From: Raillietiella orientalis
Taxonomy: Eukaryota
Length of the DNA: 64,000 bases
Assembly: GCA_036172245.1 (NCBI GenBank)
Contig: JAYWIR010000046.1
Location: 1,240,001 to 1,304,000 of the forward strand
Direction of reading: 5' to 3'
The notes below the pieces were generated by a model. That model was not told where the DNA came from. It ran no database searches and saw only the letters and a program-made list of their open reading frames with translations. Of the stretch, positions 37,400-51,038 are shown piece by piece. Within the stretch, counting starts at the first letter, position 1. The number at the start of each line of letters is the position of its first letter. A program made the translations under genes and the position numbers.

Positions 37400-38668
37400 G
37401 TAACTAGAATAGAAAATATTACATCTCAGTTATTCTGTTTAGCAAACTTTCTATGAGGAAACTTCGAAAACCAAAATGCATGTAAACCAAACCCAGAACT
37501 CTAGTTTCCCCTTAAGAAGATCTGTGGTCACTCGAGTTTAAACTACTTTTTTAGCAGCTACTCAGGTAATTTGTGCATACATCAATTAGACATCGAAAAG
37601 AGAGTATTTTCAAAACTTACACGATAGTCATCACTCAGTTCTTCTGCGAATTCTGAAATATGATGTAACAATCTCGTTGTGCGATAGCTGAGAATTTGAT
37701 AGATCACATCTATCCCATCAATTTATTTTCGCCGTGTTTTCCATGTCATTAAATACTAAATTAAATCGTTTTCAACATGCTGAGCTTCCATTTCCTGCAT
37801 TTGAATCCAGTGTGCATAGATTGGTATTGATACCAATAACCACATATCTCAAGTGGATGTCGTTATAGTCTTCGAGATTAGATAGCCAACGAGCACCAAA
37901 TGCCATGACTTTTCAAGTACATTAATAATGTATTTATGAAACCAACTTTGCCACATGAGAGGCAACCAGTTTTAAAAGCAAAGTTACGCTAATCCTAAAG
38001 ATGCAGAAGGAGACAATTTATGCTTAACAACAGTATCGTTTCATTTGTTAATATAATAACCGTCAATAAGAGACGAGGTGTCTGAGTTTTCCCAAGCCTT
38101 TTGAATCCTATTTCCAGTTTTCTTGCATACTTTTGCATCTCATCAGTGTGCCTACGTCCATGTTTGTTACTTTTCATTATATGATGTGAATTATTAGAAA
38201 CAGACAAACAGTTCACCAAAATATTCCAAACAATAATATTTGAATCACGAATATAGCTTTCTGCTGGACGCGATTTTATGTCCTACGCCCTAACTGTAGA
38301 GTCTTTTAAAAAGATAAGGAGAAAATGATTCAGTAATTCTATTTGTATTTTTCAAAATTGAAACTTCTGTTTTTTAAAAGAGTATGTAAGGAAAAATTTA
38401 ATAATCGATGTTACAAAAAGATGTTACTCTCTCTAAAAAAGCTAGAAAAAAAGGACCGATATCGTGATATTGTCGAATCCATCAGAAGAATCCATCTTCA
38501 GAAGTCTCAACGTGTTATTCTCCGTTATGCCCTCATTATATGGAGGCCTTCGAAGTAATGCAATAACAGAAAGACAAAATTTTCCTTGATTTTGGACATG
38601 TAGGTGAGAGAAGCCTAGTTTCAGCGAAAAAAGAACGTGTAGATTTTTTTTTCTTTTGAGTACATTTT

Positions 38669-38752
38669 TTTCCGTTTATGTAGCTATAATCAGTGATTGC
38701 TTAGACGGAAATCCGTCTAAGCAATCACTGATTATAGCTACATAAACGGAAA
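38669..38752. repeat. Perfect palindrome with 41-bp arms and a 2-nt spacer
   Basis: 38669-38709 (tttccgtttatgtagctataatcagtgattgcttagacgga) is the exact reverse complement of 38712-38752. Confidence 0.97.
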
Positions 38753-41700
38753 TGCATGTCCAGTTTCCAAGAAAGAGTTGCAGGAATAACAGAGCTGTTA
38801 GCAAATACTTCCGTGTACGTAACGGTTTGCTGCGAAATGAGTACCAGGGATCGCGCAGGAGTTTTCCTGTAAAATATTTTGCCATATTTGTCTGCTCAGT
38901 ATTCCCAAAAATTTACTGTTGAGCATGCGAATGTATTTCTGCGTCATATCTGTCAAGTATATTCTCCCGTGTAGATGAGATATGCCAAAAATAGGAATCC
39001 GTTCGAGCTTTCTGTATTTCTTGGAAATTCACAGAAGGATTGGAGTTATTATTTTAATGGAATTTCGTTCGAATTAAAACTTTTCTTACCTTCATCTTCA
39101 TTGGATAAATGTTCAAGGATGCTTTGCTTTTCATATTTGATTCGCATTCCATGGTTTCGAGAGTCTAAATAGATTATTGGGCTAAAGTGAAATTGCTTTC
39201 AAGCCCGAATGACCGTGGAGTACATGGGAGAAAGCTGTATTTTAAGTTCGGAATAATTAGTAAAGTGCCTTTCAGCTTATTTCAAGGACTTTAGAGGAAC
39301 AAATAGAATGATTTCCAAAAGCACATGTAAACAAAGAACAAAGAGAAAAGAAGGAAAAAAACGAAACAACGGAGTGTTTCGTGTGATATCAGCCACCAAA
39401 TCTCCCAAAGACTGAGCACCGGAAAGACAGTTACTGGAAATTCTGAATCTCGGATGCATCAAACCATCGCATCGATGGGCACCGGAAATGAACATGTCAG
39501 AAGCCAAGAAACTGATGTTTGTACAAGCACCAGCAAACGAATAAACAATAGGAGATAAAATCGAAATGAGGACATTGATCCCACCCATGCATCAGAGGCA
39601 CCAAATAAGATTTTTTTTTCAAGGTATCTGGTACAAGAAATAAAATTTTCAACCGCACTTACCTTCTAGATCTCACATTAGATTTTCACTTCTGCTGGTC
39701 GTATGACATGTGAATTTTAAATATCTCTTCTATTTATTTTCCAACTGGAGCTACAAAATCGTCCATTTTAAATCCTGACTTATACAGAGGCAGGAAAACC
39801 GTAACCTCAATAATTTAAAGTTCAAGGATGTGTAAGCTATTAATGGTAAATAATGCAAGTATCAAGCATGTATTACTGAAAAAAGAAAACCAGATTTCAA
39901 AATTTCTCGGAGATGAAGCTTGCAAAGTTGGAAGATAGAAGCTGATAAAACTGTACTTTGCATATCCTCGCTTTCCGAGGCTGCAGTTTTAAACTCTTTC
40001 TCAACTGTTTGCTGCGGCATAATAGGAATTTTCGATCAGCACAAAAAAATTTTCAAATAAAATTCTTTATTTTCTTTAATCACTTTACGGTTTCATTTGC
40101 TTAGATCCATGGCAAACTGAACCACCAAATTTTATGCATGTAAGTTGATGCTTATGATTCGGCCTCAATTAGGAAACTTCCAATAAAATACAAGAATCCC
40201 GTTCTGTTATCCCGATCAATCTGAGTTTAAAAAAACTTTATTTTGCATTGCTTGGTCCGTGATAAATCGTTGAAGAACTCGCCACTTTGAAGAATTCTTG
40301 GGGAGAGCAGAAATTCCCACTGCTTTGTTTTGTTTTTTCCGACCTCTACCACATCAAGAAATAGCTAGATGCTACAGATATCGATGCTGATTAACGGAGC
40401 ATGCCGGATTGAGTTCTTAGTCCAAAGTTAAAGAAAAGGTTTCTGCTTTCTCAAAGCTCAGAATTTGAAACAGCATCGTTTAGTAAAGAAATTATTTAAT
40501 ACACTCAACTTGAAGAATTAAATGATGTAAAAATCCTTGACTGCACCACTAAATTTCGTATCTGCTGCTCATTCAACATCATCACTACCAAGCATTTGCG
40601 AATTCGTCCTGAGTATTTCTCTGGATTTATTTTATAGTTGAAAGTTCAGAGCTTACATTTTTGTGCTCTGTCCAGCAAATGGTAACTGAGAAAAGATTCG
40701 AAGATAGAATGGTTTGATATGCGGATATCAAGTATAATAATGGCACCTGAACTTCAAAAAAGAAAATAAAATGAATTTTTATTTAGGAGGTATTTCTTAT
40801 GATTGAGCTGTATGGTAAAAGATACAGTATTCTAAATCAACTTATATTGGTTGGAATCCAACTGCATGTTGGATTCTTAAAGATTTAACGAAACTGCCAT
40901 GTCGAGAAGTTTTTTACTGACCAGAAAAACAATCAGAAAAAGCTCATTGAATAAATGCCAACTAACTAGTGGATTGATTGCAATAATGAAGTCATGCATA
41001 TAATAAATCTTCATGGTCTGTATTGTATTTTTTGAATTACTGTTTAGCATGCAAATTTTCGACTTTTTTTCTTGGACAACCGCAAATTACTATGAATTAT
41101 TGTGGATTGCCATGTTTTTGAAGTGATCAATGAAACAATCACTCAAAAATACGATAAAAACTTTTCAAGATCATCATGAACAAAAGCATCAACATCCACA
41201 GATCTAACAATTTAATCGCTGTTTAAAGAAAACTAGTGAATGAACATTTTTTAATAAACACGTAAATCCTTTAAATATCTGATACCCGTAAGATGGGTAA
41301 TTCTGGATTCATACTCGGAGTTATGCAATCACCACGACAAAACCTTTTAAAGCTTGCAATGAAAAATTAGTGATTGTAAGATTGAAAAACACGTGAGTCT
41401 TTCTTAAATTACTCAGATGTCACGCGGCGTTTAGGATGACCTTCCATTTGAACGTGATGACTTTTATCCCATATTGTCTTCTATTAATTATCTTCTATTC
41501 CATATTGTCTTCTATCTTTGCTCAGTGCAGCTAAGAAACATGGAAAGATTCCAGCACACGTAGATAGAGGTAAAGAGAAACACCGATTTTTCGTGTGACT
41601 CACTTCGTGCAAACACTGATTTGCAGTTTTGTCAAATTGCAATTGTAAGCGGAAGGAGAATGGAAGTATCTGAAAAGGAAGAGGAGCTTGTCTCTAGAGA

Positions 41701-44700
41701 CTACATCAAACAATGAAATGGAACTTTTCCCAAAACAAGAACTTCAGAATGACAAATCATGGCTAATGTTAGTGATTTATTTTGGGGGGGAACTCATACT
41801 TCTACTCTTGTAAGAGAGTATCTATGTGTTTGTGTGAATAAAGACACGCTCATTCGTTGAACGGAGTGGTCTCCCTATGACGAAATCTCTTCCAAGAGCT
41901 CATGTGGCTTCTTTACAACAGGTACCTTTCGGTACCTTGAGGAATCCAGATGTTTTTGCTTTGTTCCGATATCCAAGATTATTGCATGTCTTTGTGACAA
42001 GGAAGCTGAGACTACTACAAATATAAAATTCATCGGCTCAAAACGTTTATTACTTGAGAAGGAAGAGGATGAAACGACCAGCATCCCAAGTCCGTGAAAT
42101 GAAGATCTTTTAGGAGGAAATGTGCTGAAGAGAAAATCGTGACCCAGGAAGAAGGACTTCTCAGATTTTTGAAATGAATCATTCGTATCGCAATAATCGC
42201 GAATATATGAAAATCACTGGAAACAGCAACTGCAATAAGGAATAGATTTCCATGAAACTGCAAGCAAAAACACAACTGCAAAGGAGGGAAGGGAGAAGGA
42301 GCATCAATCCAGGAAAGTAGGAAGGCGGTTCCAAAATAAAATATATCGACTATTGGTTACTCCGCTTCGTCGACGCATAAACATTCGGAGTCCTGCATTC
42401 TGTTCCATGATTTCTGTTTCTGAGTATGTATTCCCTACAGCCGCAACAGCACGAAAACAAATCGATGAAAATCATGTATAGTAGCAGCAGTGAGTTTGCT
42501 TGAGTCTGGATTCTGAAAATCCCAAATTTTGATCTACCGCTCCTTAACTCGCATCATTTCTTCCTATTTCTGTGATTAGGTTTTCCCATGTACCAGGTTC
42601 CCTGCGAGTCATGTGGATTAATTAATGATAAACGAGGGGAAAAAAAGAGACAAATAAACATTGCCTTTGCTACCCTTTTTGGATCATTTTCTAAATCATT
42701 ACGTGCGAAGTCAGATCAATACGAGAATAATATGGATTGAGTTTCTTGAGGAGAGTAGGTGCTTTCCAGGCTTGCAAAATGGGAGAGCAGTCCATCCCAT
42801 GTGGTTAGAGAGCACAAAAAGAGTGAAACAGCGAGTTAAAATCAGTATGCAGAATTATTGGGATGCAGAAACAGCATCTAGAATCATTTGCCATGCTCCC
42901 TGGAGAAACAGTTTACCTGTTTCTGGATGTGAAGAAAAGCATATTCTTTGTGAGAGCATCTTAAATTTTGCTTTGATTTCGTAATTCAGGCTCTCTTTTC
43001 CTGCGGGGTTCCCTTATCGTTTTTATCTTTTAAGATGAATCATTTGGTAATTTCTTCCCAACAGATTCTGGTGACTCTGTAAGTCGTGAACCTAGTAGGG
43101 CATTTGGGGTAAAAACTGGTTCTGTCGAGCTAAGATCCGTAGTGCAGTGGTCGCCTGAGAATTCAAGCAGCTTTTCTGAGGTTATTTCTTCATAACTTGA
43201 CCAGGATTGCAATTCGGTATTTTTATTTAGAGTGAAACAATTATTGATACAAAAGTGATGCTAATCACTATTCATCATTCTGCGGTAACGAGCCTCACCC
43301 AATGCTGCTAGCAGTTCGAACATGAAAGGCTACCAGACGCAAATACACTCTTGAGCTTTTAACGCAGTCTCTTGCGGAGAAGAATGTTTTCCACGTTTTA
43401 CTTTCTCTTTTCTTTAATGAACAATCGAAGTTTTCTTAAAGCTTTTTCATGTCAGCAAATTATGCAAGTGCTTTCCAAAGATTTTTGCACTCACAAGCAT
43501 TCGGAAATTTATTTGTAACTTTTTTCCTAAAAGGCTTATAAACGGAGTTTGTTATGTTTGCATAAATATCTTCTTTCCGATTTCAATGCTCTTTTCAATC
43601 TCTGCACTCCCTTGCTCAACTTTTTTATTTTCCTTATTTTTTATTTTAGAAAACTATGCATCGGCCAGAATAGTTATTGCTTCACTTATAGAAAATAAAT
43701 GGTGGGTCCTAATCTGTTTTCATCGCATAAAAATTTTCTGCAAATTGCCCTCTTGCTTATCTTGAAAGTGTTCTCCAAACTGTTTACGAATTCTTGAAAG
43801 TCTACATTGATTTCAAACTGGACCGACTTCATTGTCGAGATAATTCTTCTTTTATTTATTTCATTCCAGTCTGAAAATTAGGAACAGCAATCAAGGGAAC
43901 TTTGTTCCGTCCCTATAATGGTTTGCATTTTTCAAAGAACATAGCGTTTGCTGATTTATCCTTTAATGTCTCAGTACTTTTCCATGCCAGATGCTAGGAA
44001 GCCATGTAACATTTGTTGAGATACAGCCAATCAGCTCAACCCTTTTGTCCGTCTTTGGAATTTTCGTTATCAATTGGGAAATCCCTTCTGAATCCTCTTT
44101 GTTAAGCCTTCTTGCATCTCGAAATGCAATTGCGCAGAGTGCATTATTCTTTGACTCATAGTCCTCTATAACGTCTAGATCAAAGATGCGTTTCTTTAGG
44201 TAGAAGAACCCTCATGATCTCGGTTCGAGCTGTTTCTAAAGTTCATTGGTGAAAGGTCCTTGAAATGTTATTCTGATTCCTCACAGAACTCGACCTTCAG
44301 TATCCTCTTGTGATTTTTCTGCCTGTCCTGTTTCTACTGTCCACCTATGCAGTTTCTAAAATTAATAGTGTTTTGAGATGATGATCTCCTCAAGGAAAAG
44401 CTATCACCAAATTCAATCTTATTTTGATCTCATCATTCGTAAGCAGTGCTGGTCGCTTCCCTCTCTCCTTCTGTGGTAGTCTCATCCAGCACTCTAAACT
44501 GGAGTACATCCGCCACAGTCGCCATGATGCCTTGCGTCCTAGAATGAGGGAACCTGATCCACTCGTTCTCTCGATCTTGACTTGCGAATGCTTTGTGGGA
44601 GTGGCGAGTTCCCTATTCTAATCGCTTTCTGAATTTTTTTTTGGTAAGTTTGCTTGTCTGAATCTTTTGCCATTCGCTCGAACTGACGTTTCATGGTTTG

Positions 44701-47700
44701 GTCTCAAAACTTGCTGTTGCAGAAGATGCGACAAATCTGATGAAACGCTTCTGATGTTTTCGATTCGAATTCGAATTTTCTGAACTGTTCCATTTTCTCA
44801 CTGATTTGTCATTTCGTTTTGTGTTTGCTTTTTGAATTTGAAAGAATAGAAATTTGAAGACTCCATTCTTACAATGGAATTTCATCTTTAATTACGGAAA
44901 AATGATTCTGCTAACAGCCATCCCGGCTGTTCGCAGCTACCGCAGGAATATGTGTTAGCAGATTCTCGAAAGTTTTCAGTTTCGCTTACATTATTTGAGA
45001 AATTTTTGGTATATGATCATTCCATTTCTTCTGTCTTCTGATTCGGAATCATTTTTCTGATGAATAATCGCATAGCTAGGTCATTCTTCAGAATTGGAGA
45101 ACTACGAGAATCTATTCACAGCTGAGAAAGATGATAAGTGTTTTACCGTATAGAATATAGAGCTTCATCTTTGAAGGATGCAAGCAAATTGCAAGAATGC
45201 CCAATTTCTTCAAAGTGCAATAAATTGTGATCGGAAATTTCTTTCTTTCCAGCAAACTATGCATGCATTTCTTCCTCGGATAATGAGACCTAGTGCTCCG
45301 GAAATCATAATGGAATTTTTTCTCAACATGAAGATCTACAGCACGCAAAATGGAATTCAATGAAATTCTATCATTCTCTCACAGCTCTATAGAAATTCAT
45401 CTTTATTTTCAGATTCATGGTTTGGGTGAAATTTCTTGTTATGCATCCATACTTGGTTGTACAAAATTTAATTTTGAATGTGGCGCAAGAGCTAGGAAAC
45501 ATTCCAATTTTATGTACACGAATACTGCCATATATAACAGCTTGCACTTGTTTTGCCACCGAACTGACAATATCTCTCTACTTTACTCCTTTTATTTAGG
45601 AAAACACACATTGCAGATTCATTATGTGTATTTCGTTTGTAATTTTTATTTTTTTCTTTGGTTTTTGGAAACCTTGACATGAAGTCTTCCTATTCGCAAA
45701 CCTTAATCCATCAGGTGTTTAAAGGATGTATTCCTCACCTCATTTTGAATAGCCATGAGCGAATCAAAGCACTCTTCTCTTTAGGACACAACATTGCTGA
45801 TACCAACTTGAAAGCAAGGGCATCTGTACATTATCAACGAAAATTCAGCTTCATAAATATTCTTCATAGTGGAAAGATTTTTTTCATGATTACGATGTTT
45901 TCGTGTTTATTTTAATACTTTTCCAGAATTTGCAACCAAAATTTGTGATTTTCTATGTGATAGGAAACGCATTTGATTACCACGATGTCTGGCTCAGCAA
46001 ATCAGAAATTCACTTATTATTCCATTAAACCATCATGCAATCCCAGTAAAATCCATGGAATATCTTCGGGATCGAGTCATTGAATTCAAAACTCTTAGCA
46101 ATTTAAACTGTAAGTTCCATTTTTCAATTTAAAAATGAGCGAGATAAAAAAATGGCTGAGTAAAAACCTCGACACCTATTGAAGGGATTAGAGTTTTTTC
46201 CTTGGATGTGAGCAAACTGATTTTGTTCCCAATGAAACTAAGACTTTGAAAAGATTGTGTATTCCAAGCATGAGGCCCACAGGCAATTTCGAACTTTGCT
46301 CTAAAAGCGAATCGGAGCACGCAATCTTCGGATATTGGGAACACATATATATGCGTATATGTGTGAGTGCATGCCCACTCCAATCCTTCAAAATCAAGTG
46401 TGTTCTTAATGTACGTACACATCTGTGAGTGAAGATTGAAAAACGGTACTTTTCATCGTAGTTTTTAGTTCTTATTTTAAGTATTGATGGATCACAATAG
46501 AGACATGACTTTAAATTAGCGATTCTAAGTGATGATTAGTAACTACTAAACGTCTATCCTACTAAACGTCTGTAGCCAACAAATTGCCCAGTCACGATGG
46601 AGCAAATGAGAGCTAGTTAATTTTGCTTTATTTTAACAAGACAAGTTCACGACGAAAGATCGTTAACAAATGTTTCTTTCCCATAGTACAAAACTAAAAT
46701 AATGTAAAGTACAATGTTCCTATAAACGCAAAAACAAAACAAAACAACGCACAAGTACGAAAATTTAGTTGGAAGGATCAAGTGCGAGCGGAAAATCATA
46801 GAAAGTTTGATTTAGTTCTGCGCAAACTCTTCTACACCTTTAGTTTCTATCGATTTCATAGCACTTATCATTTTTTGTCCCATTATTTCATTTAAATGGG
46901 AAGACGCTAAGAAAAACCGACTTGCACTTCACAACAGATTTCACGTTTTCCTGAAATTACTCTTTCCTCTTTTATAAAAAATATGATCAAATAGCTTCAT
47001 CATGAATATAAATTGAGGGATTTTGCCCCGATTTGTACTTCCCACATGTAGCTCTCAGTTTATACTTTCCAGAACATGTAACAAAGAGGGAACGTATAGC
47101 AGACGAGTAATTAAAAAAATACATAGATAAATGAAGAACAGATGTGGAAGAAAATAACGAATAATTGAAAACGTGGAAGCTATGTTTTATTCAATAGTTC
47201 CAGTTCTGTATGGCTTTCGAATCCCTTTACTTTTCAAAATCAGCTTCTGTATACAAGCAAATATGTCTGAGCTCCTTCGATGTGCTTTTGATTACCTAGG
47301 AAGTGGTCATCGTGTGAGAGAAATCTGGAAGCTTTTTCAAATCTACAAGAGAATGATTCTTACTTATGATTTGAGGCAACAGTGATGCTATTTGGAAATG
47401 CCAAAAAGAAAAATATAATTTGAGGGCTTGAAGAATTTTTAACACATGTTTTACATCAACTCATTCAACTTATAAGAATGCACACTCATTAGTAGGCTAA
47501 AAATTCAACTTAATATCTTCGTTAAGAATTTTAGTTGTCATTTAATTTTGATTTGTTAATCATACTTAAATGTTGTAATGAGTCCTTTTTTTTATTATGA
47601 AATGAAAATTGCCAAATTATTGGGCTAAATACCTAACTGATAGCACTTCAACTTTTAAACAAACTTTCGTGAGTTCAATTACGAAGAAATGAAGTATGTA

Positions 47701-50555
47701 GTGAGGGAACACACTTGCCGGTCACTGTTCTCATGACTTGCTTTTTATGTGGCATGAAGAATGTTCCTTAGTCTAGAGACGAAAGAACTCATTTGAACTG
47801 GGTGACACGAGTATTGGAGTTGATGGATGCAGATCTTTGCCTCTGATGCACACATCTGAGCTAATCAAGGCATGGTTTGCCTTTATACGCCCTGATCAAA
47901 TACAGGATGCTCTTAGAAAGTGCAATGTTGGGTGTAAAAGGAGTGGATCTTATAGATTATCAAGAGACTGAGAATCCGGGATGCTTTCAGTTTTCAGAAA
48001 ATGCAAGGTTGAAAAAGTAGCTTATTGAAAAACACGTGTTGATCTTATCAAACACTTGAAATGTTTTCCTCCGCACGGAAACAGAAGCAGAGCCGAAATC
48101 ATGGCTCTAATCGAGCTGAGAAACAGGAAATTGCATCCATTGAGCACCGGCTTGGAGTTCGTTACAACGAATCCAAAGTGGCCACGTTTTTTTCCAAAGA
48201 TCCTTTCCAGTAATAGGAGAAAAACAACAGGATTTCGATGTATTTGCATAATTGGGAAAGTTATGAATCTCGAGGATACCTAAAATCGGAAACATGAGAG
48301 ATAAGGAGTAGAAAACGATAGTTTCATTGGGAAAACTGACACTAGGAAGGGAAGAAAAAGGTATGAATATAGTGTTCCCCAGTTCCTTTTGCGACATAAG
48401 AGCTTAGACGTCATTCTTAGCTATGTTTTATCCTTCAAAGTGGTTGCATTGGGTTGCAGTTAACTTTAGAATAAGTATGTGAAACTGCCTAAGATTACGT
48501 GGTGTCCCTGAAAAGCAAAAAATCTTGAGGAGACCGCATTTTCCATGCGTATTAATGTTGGCCAATTTTTCAATTCCGGAGCCCGAAGCAATACTCTTTA
48601 AACCCAGGAGAGCATTCTTTTAAAAAAACAAAACTTTTTGTTTTGCAGGGATTATTGAACGTCTAATTCCTTGATTTCTAAGAACTGAGAAGATAAAGTC
48701 CATCTATTGTCGAAATTTAAAAGCAAAAAATCATGTGGTGTTAGAAGACTGATAAATTACTTAATATTATTTGGGAGATGCAGTAGTAACCTCGAGTGAA
48801 TGGAGTGATCTTCGAATACCAGGGAAAGCTCTGGCACCAGATTTTCAAGGCTTCATATTTCACATTATGTATATTGCAAAGAAATCGATACTTACCCCTC
48901 TTGAAATTACATTATGTAATTTCTACAAGAGCATCAAAAACAGTAATGTCATGAGAGCTTTCCTTCAGCCGGTTGTACTCTTTTCTTATCACAATCCCAA
49001 GTAAACGACCAAAATGAGTATGAAGCAAAGACTTATAACAGGAGCCATGAACTCTGCTTTCCCGTTCCTAAAATCTGCTTCCATTCGATAGCTGAAAGCT
49101 GCACTGAGAGGAGTGATTTTCAAGCACAAAAGACTACAAACCATCGTCCGCATGATGAAAAGGAAATGCTCTCTTATTTGGAAAAACTTTAATTTTTTGT
49201 GACAGCTTTTTGTACCTTCCCAAGTTCAGATAACATGAATGGTTCTCTTGTTTTTCCGTTTTTCAAGAAACATTGAATTCTGGTTTGAAGTTCCGCGATT
49301 TTCCTTCCGCTCAGCTTTCAATTCACAGCAGTCAGAATTCGGATAGTGTGCGTGGAAACTGTTGCTGACCTTGTTATTTTCCGTCTCCTCATGCTATCTG
49401 CACTTGGGTTTCTTCTCGCCAAAACTTCAGCAGTCGAGTGGCCGCAGGGTTTTTCGACCAACTTACATACCGATCACAAAACTACAACCTTCTTTATTTG
49501 AAAGACTAAATTTTATCATCAAATTACAGAATGTCATACAGTAGTTGGCCTGCATTCTGATTCAATTGCTACGAAACAAAAGCATAGAATGAAAGAATTG
49601 TTTAATAGTAAGAAATTCATGAGAAATTTTGCAGCTATGGCATGGAACGTGGTTCTTGATTGTTCCTGAATATTTTCAGGATCAGCTGACGGTGCTTCCA
49701 CTTTGACAGGACTCGTTTACTTGAAAACCATGGAGCATTCACGGAACTCCTAAAGCGAGAGTTTTATAAATCTTCAGGTTTCACTGGAAAACCTCAATGG
49801 AAAGATAAGAAAAAAGTTATTGACTAGTGTCTTCTGCTCTTGATTTTGGATTCGAGCACCACTTGTGGAAATTCGCAGATTTAAAAAAACGAATAGTTTC
49901 CCATGTGTTTGTCCATCGTCATGCGACAGATGAAGTGTAAAATAAGATGCACTAAAAATATCAAAGTATCTATTATTCGTGATTTTATGAAAAGACTGTG
50001 AAGTTGAAGTTTATTTTCCTGAGATGGTCAGTCACCCTTTGCCTTTTCAACGAATCCATGTTGAAAATGTTTTTGTACTGAAGAATAAACATTCCATTTT
50101 TCACATATTGTCTTTTCATTTTCCTTCTTTCTCTTGCAGAAATAAACAGGATGGATGTCTATGACCAAAATTAAGCTCTGCAATGTTTGTGAGGAAAACT
50201 TGGTGGTACGGCGAGAGAGTTTAACGAAAACCTCAAATCCCTTTTTTTCATTCTAGTTCGTCTGTGATTAATTGGTAAAAGTGATATCAAGTATTCATGT
50301 CTGAGATGCAGCCATGAATAAGGCAAAGAGGAGTTTGAAGACTCGATGCACATGAAGCTATTATTATTTTGGCATGTTACAAAATACGGAAAAGACCTAA
50401 TTAAGAGTTTTTCTCGTTTTGTTTTTTGGACGAATTTACTGTCTCCGCTTGGCAGTCAGAACGTTCTCTTTGTGTGTACACAAGCACTGGAAGCCAAATA
50501 ATGAATGAAGAATAAATAAAAGCCATGCTTCTACAGTTAATGTATTTAATCAACC

Positions 50556-51038
50556 TCAACAGAGAATTTCATAAATTTTCCTAAACCTTCTAATAAAATT
50601 TATGAAAGGATGCATTAACAGCAATGAAGGCCCTCTCTGTAAGTATATTATGCCAGTGAAATTATAGTGTATGAAAGCTTTATTCCGGTCAGTAATTTTG
50701 CCGAAGTAGAAATCATCATGAGTGAAGATTGGACTGAAGGTTTCACTTCTGAAAAGCAAACACTTCGTATTTCCGTTCATGTCCATCATGTGGAAATGAA
50801 TGAATTCGGAGTCAGTAATCTCCACAGCTAGCAAAATCATCCAAAGGGAATCGGATCTTTCCTTTCTAAGTTCACCGTTCGTAGAAATGAAGTATGTAGA
50901 GGCGATTTCAAACATCAAGTCGTTGAAGTTCAACCGCTTAAGACAGTCGATGGAAAAATTGCCCTTTGACTCATACCACGAATCCACTGTCTCATAAACA
51001 TTCCTCAAATCGTATCCGATGTCTGTATGATCATACAT
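50556..51038 (-). CDS. Unassigned 160-aa ORF or terminal exon
   Basis: Long for this AT-rich background, with globular-protein-like composition. An ATTAAA polyA variant lies on the minus strand just after the stop (50545-50550). No family recognised. Confidence 0.35.
   Translation of the reverse strand: MYDHTDIGYDLRNVYETVDSWYESKGNFSIDCLKRLNFNDLMFEIASTYFISTNGELRKERSDSLWMILLAVEITDSEFIHFHMMDMNGNTKCLLFRSETFSPIFTHDDFYFGKITDRNKAFIHYNFTGIIYLQRGPSLLLMHPFINFIRRFRKIYEILC

Noticed and set aside
43900..44650. Purine-rich minus-strand stretch suggestive of a retroelement
   Set aside because: No motif was convincing enough to assign a family.
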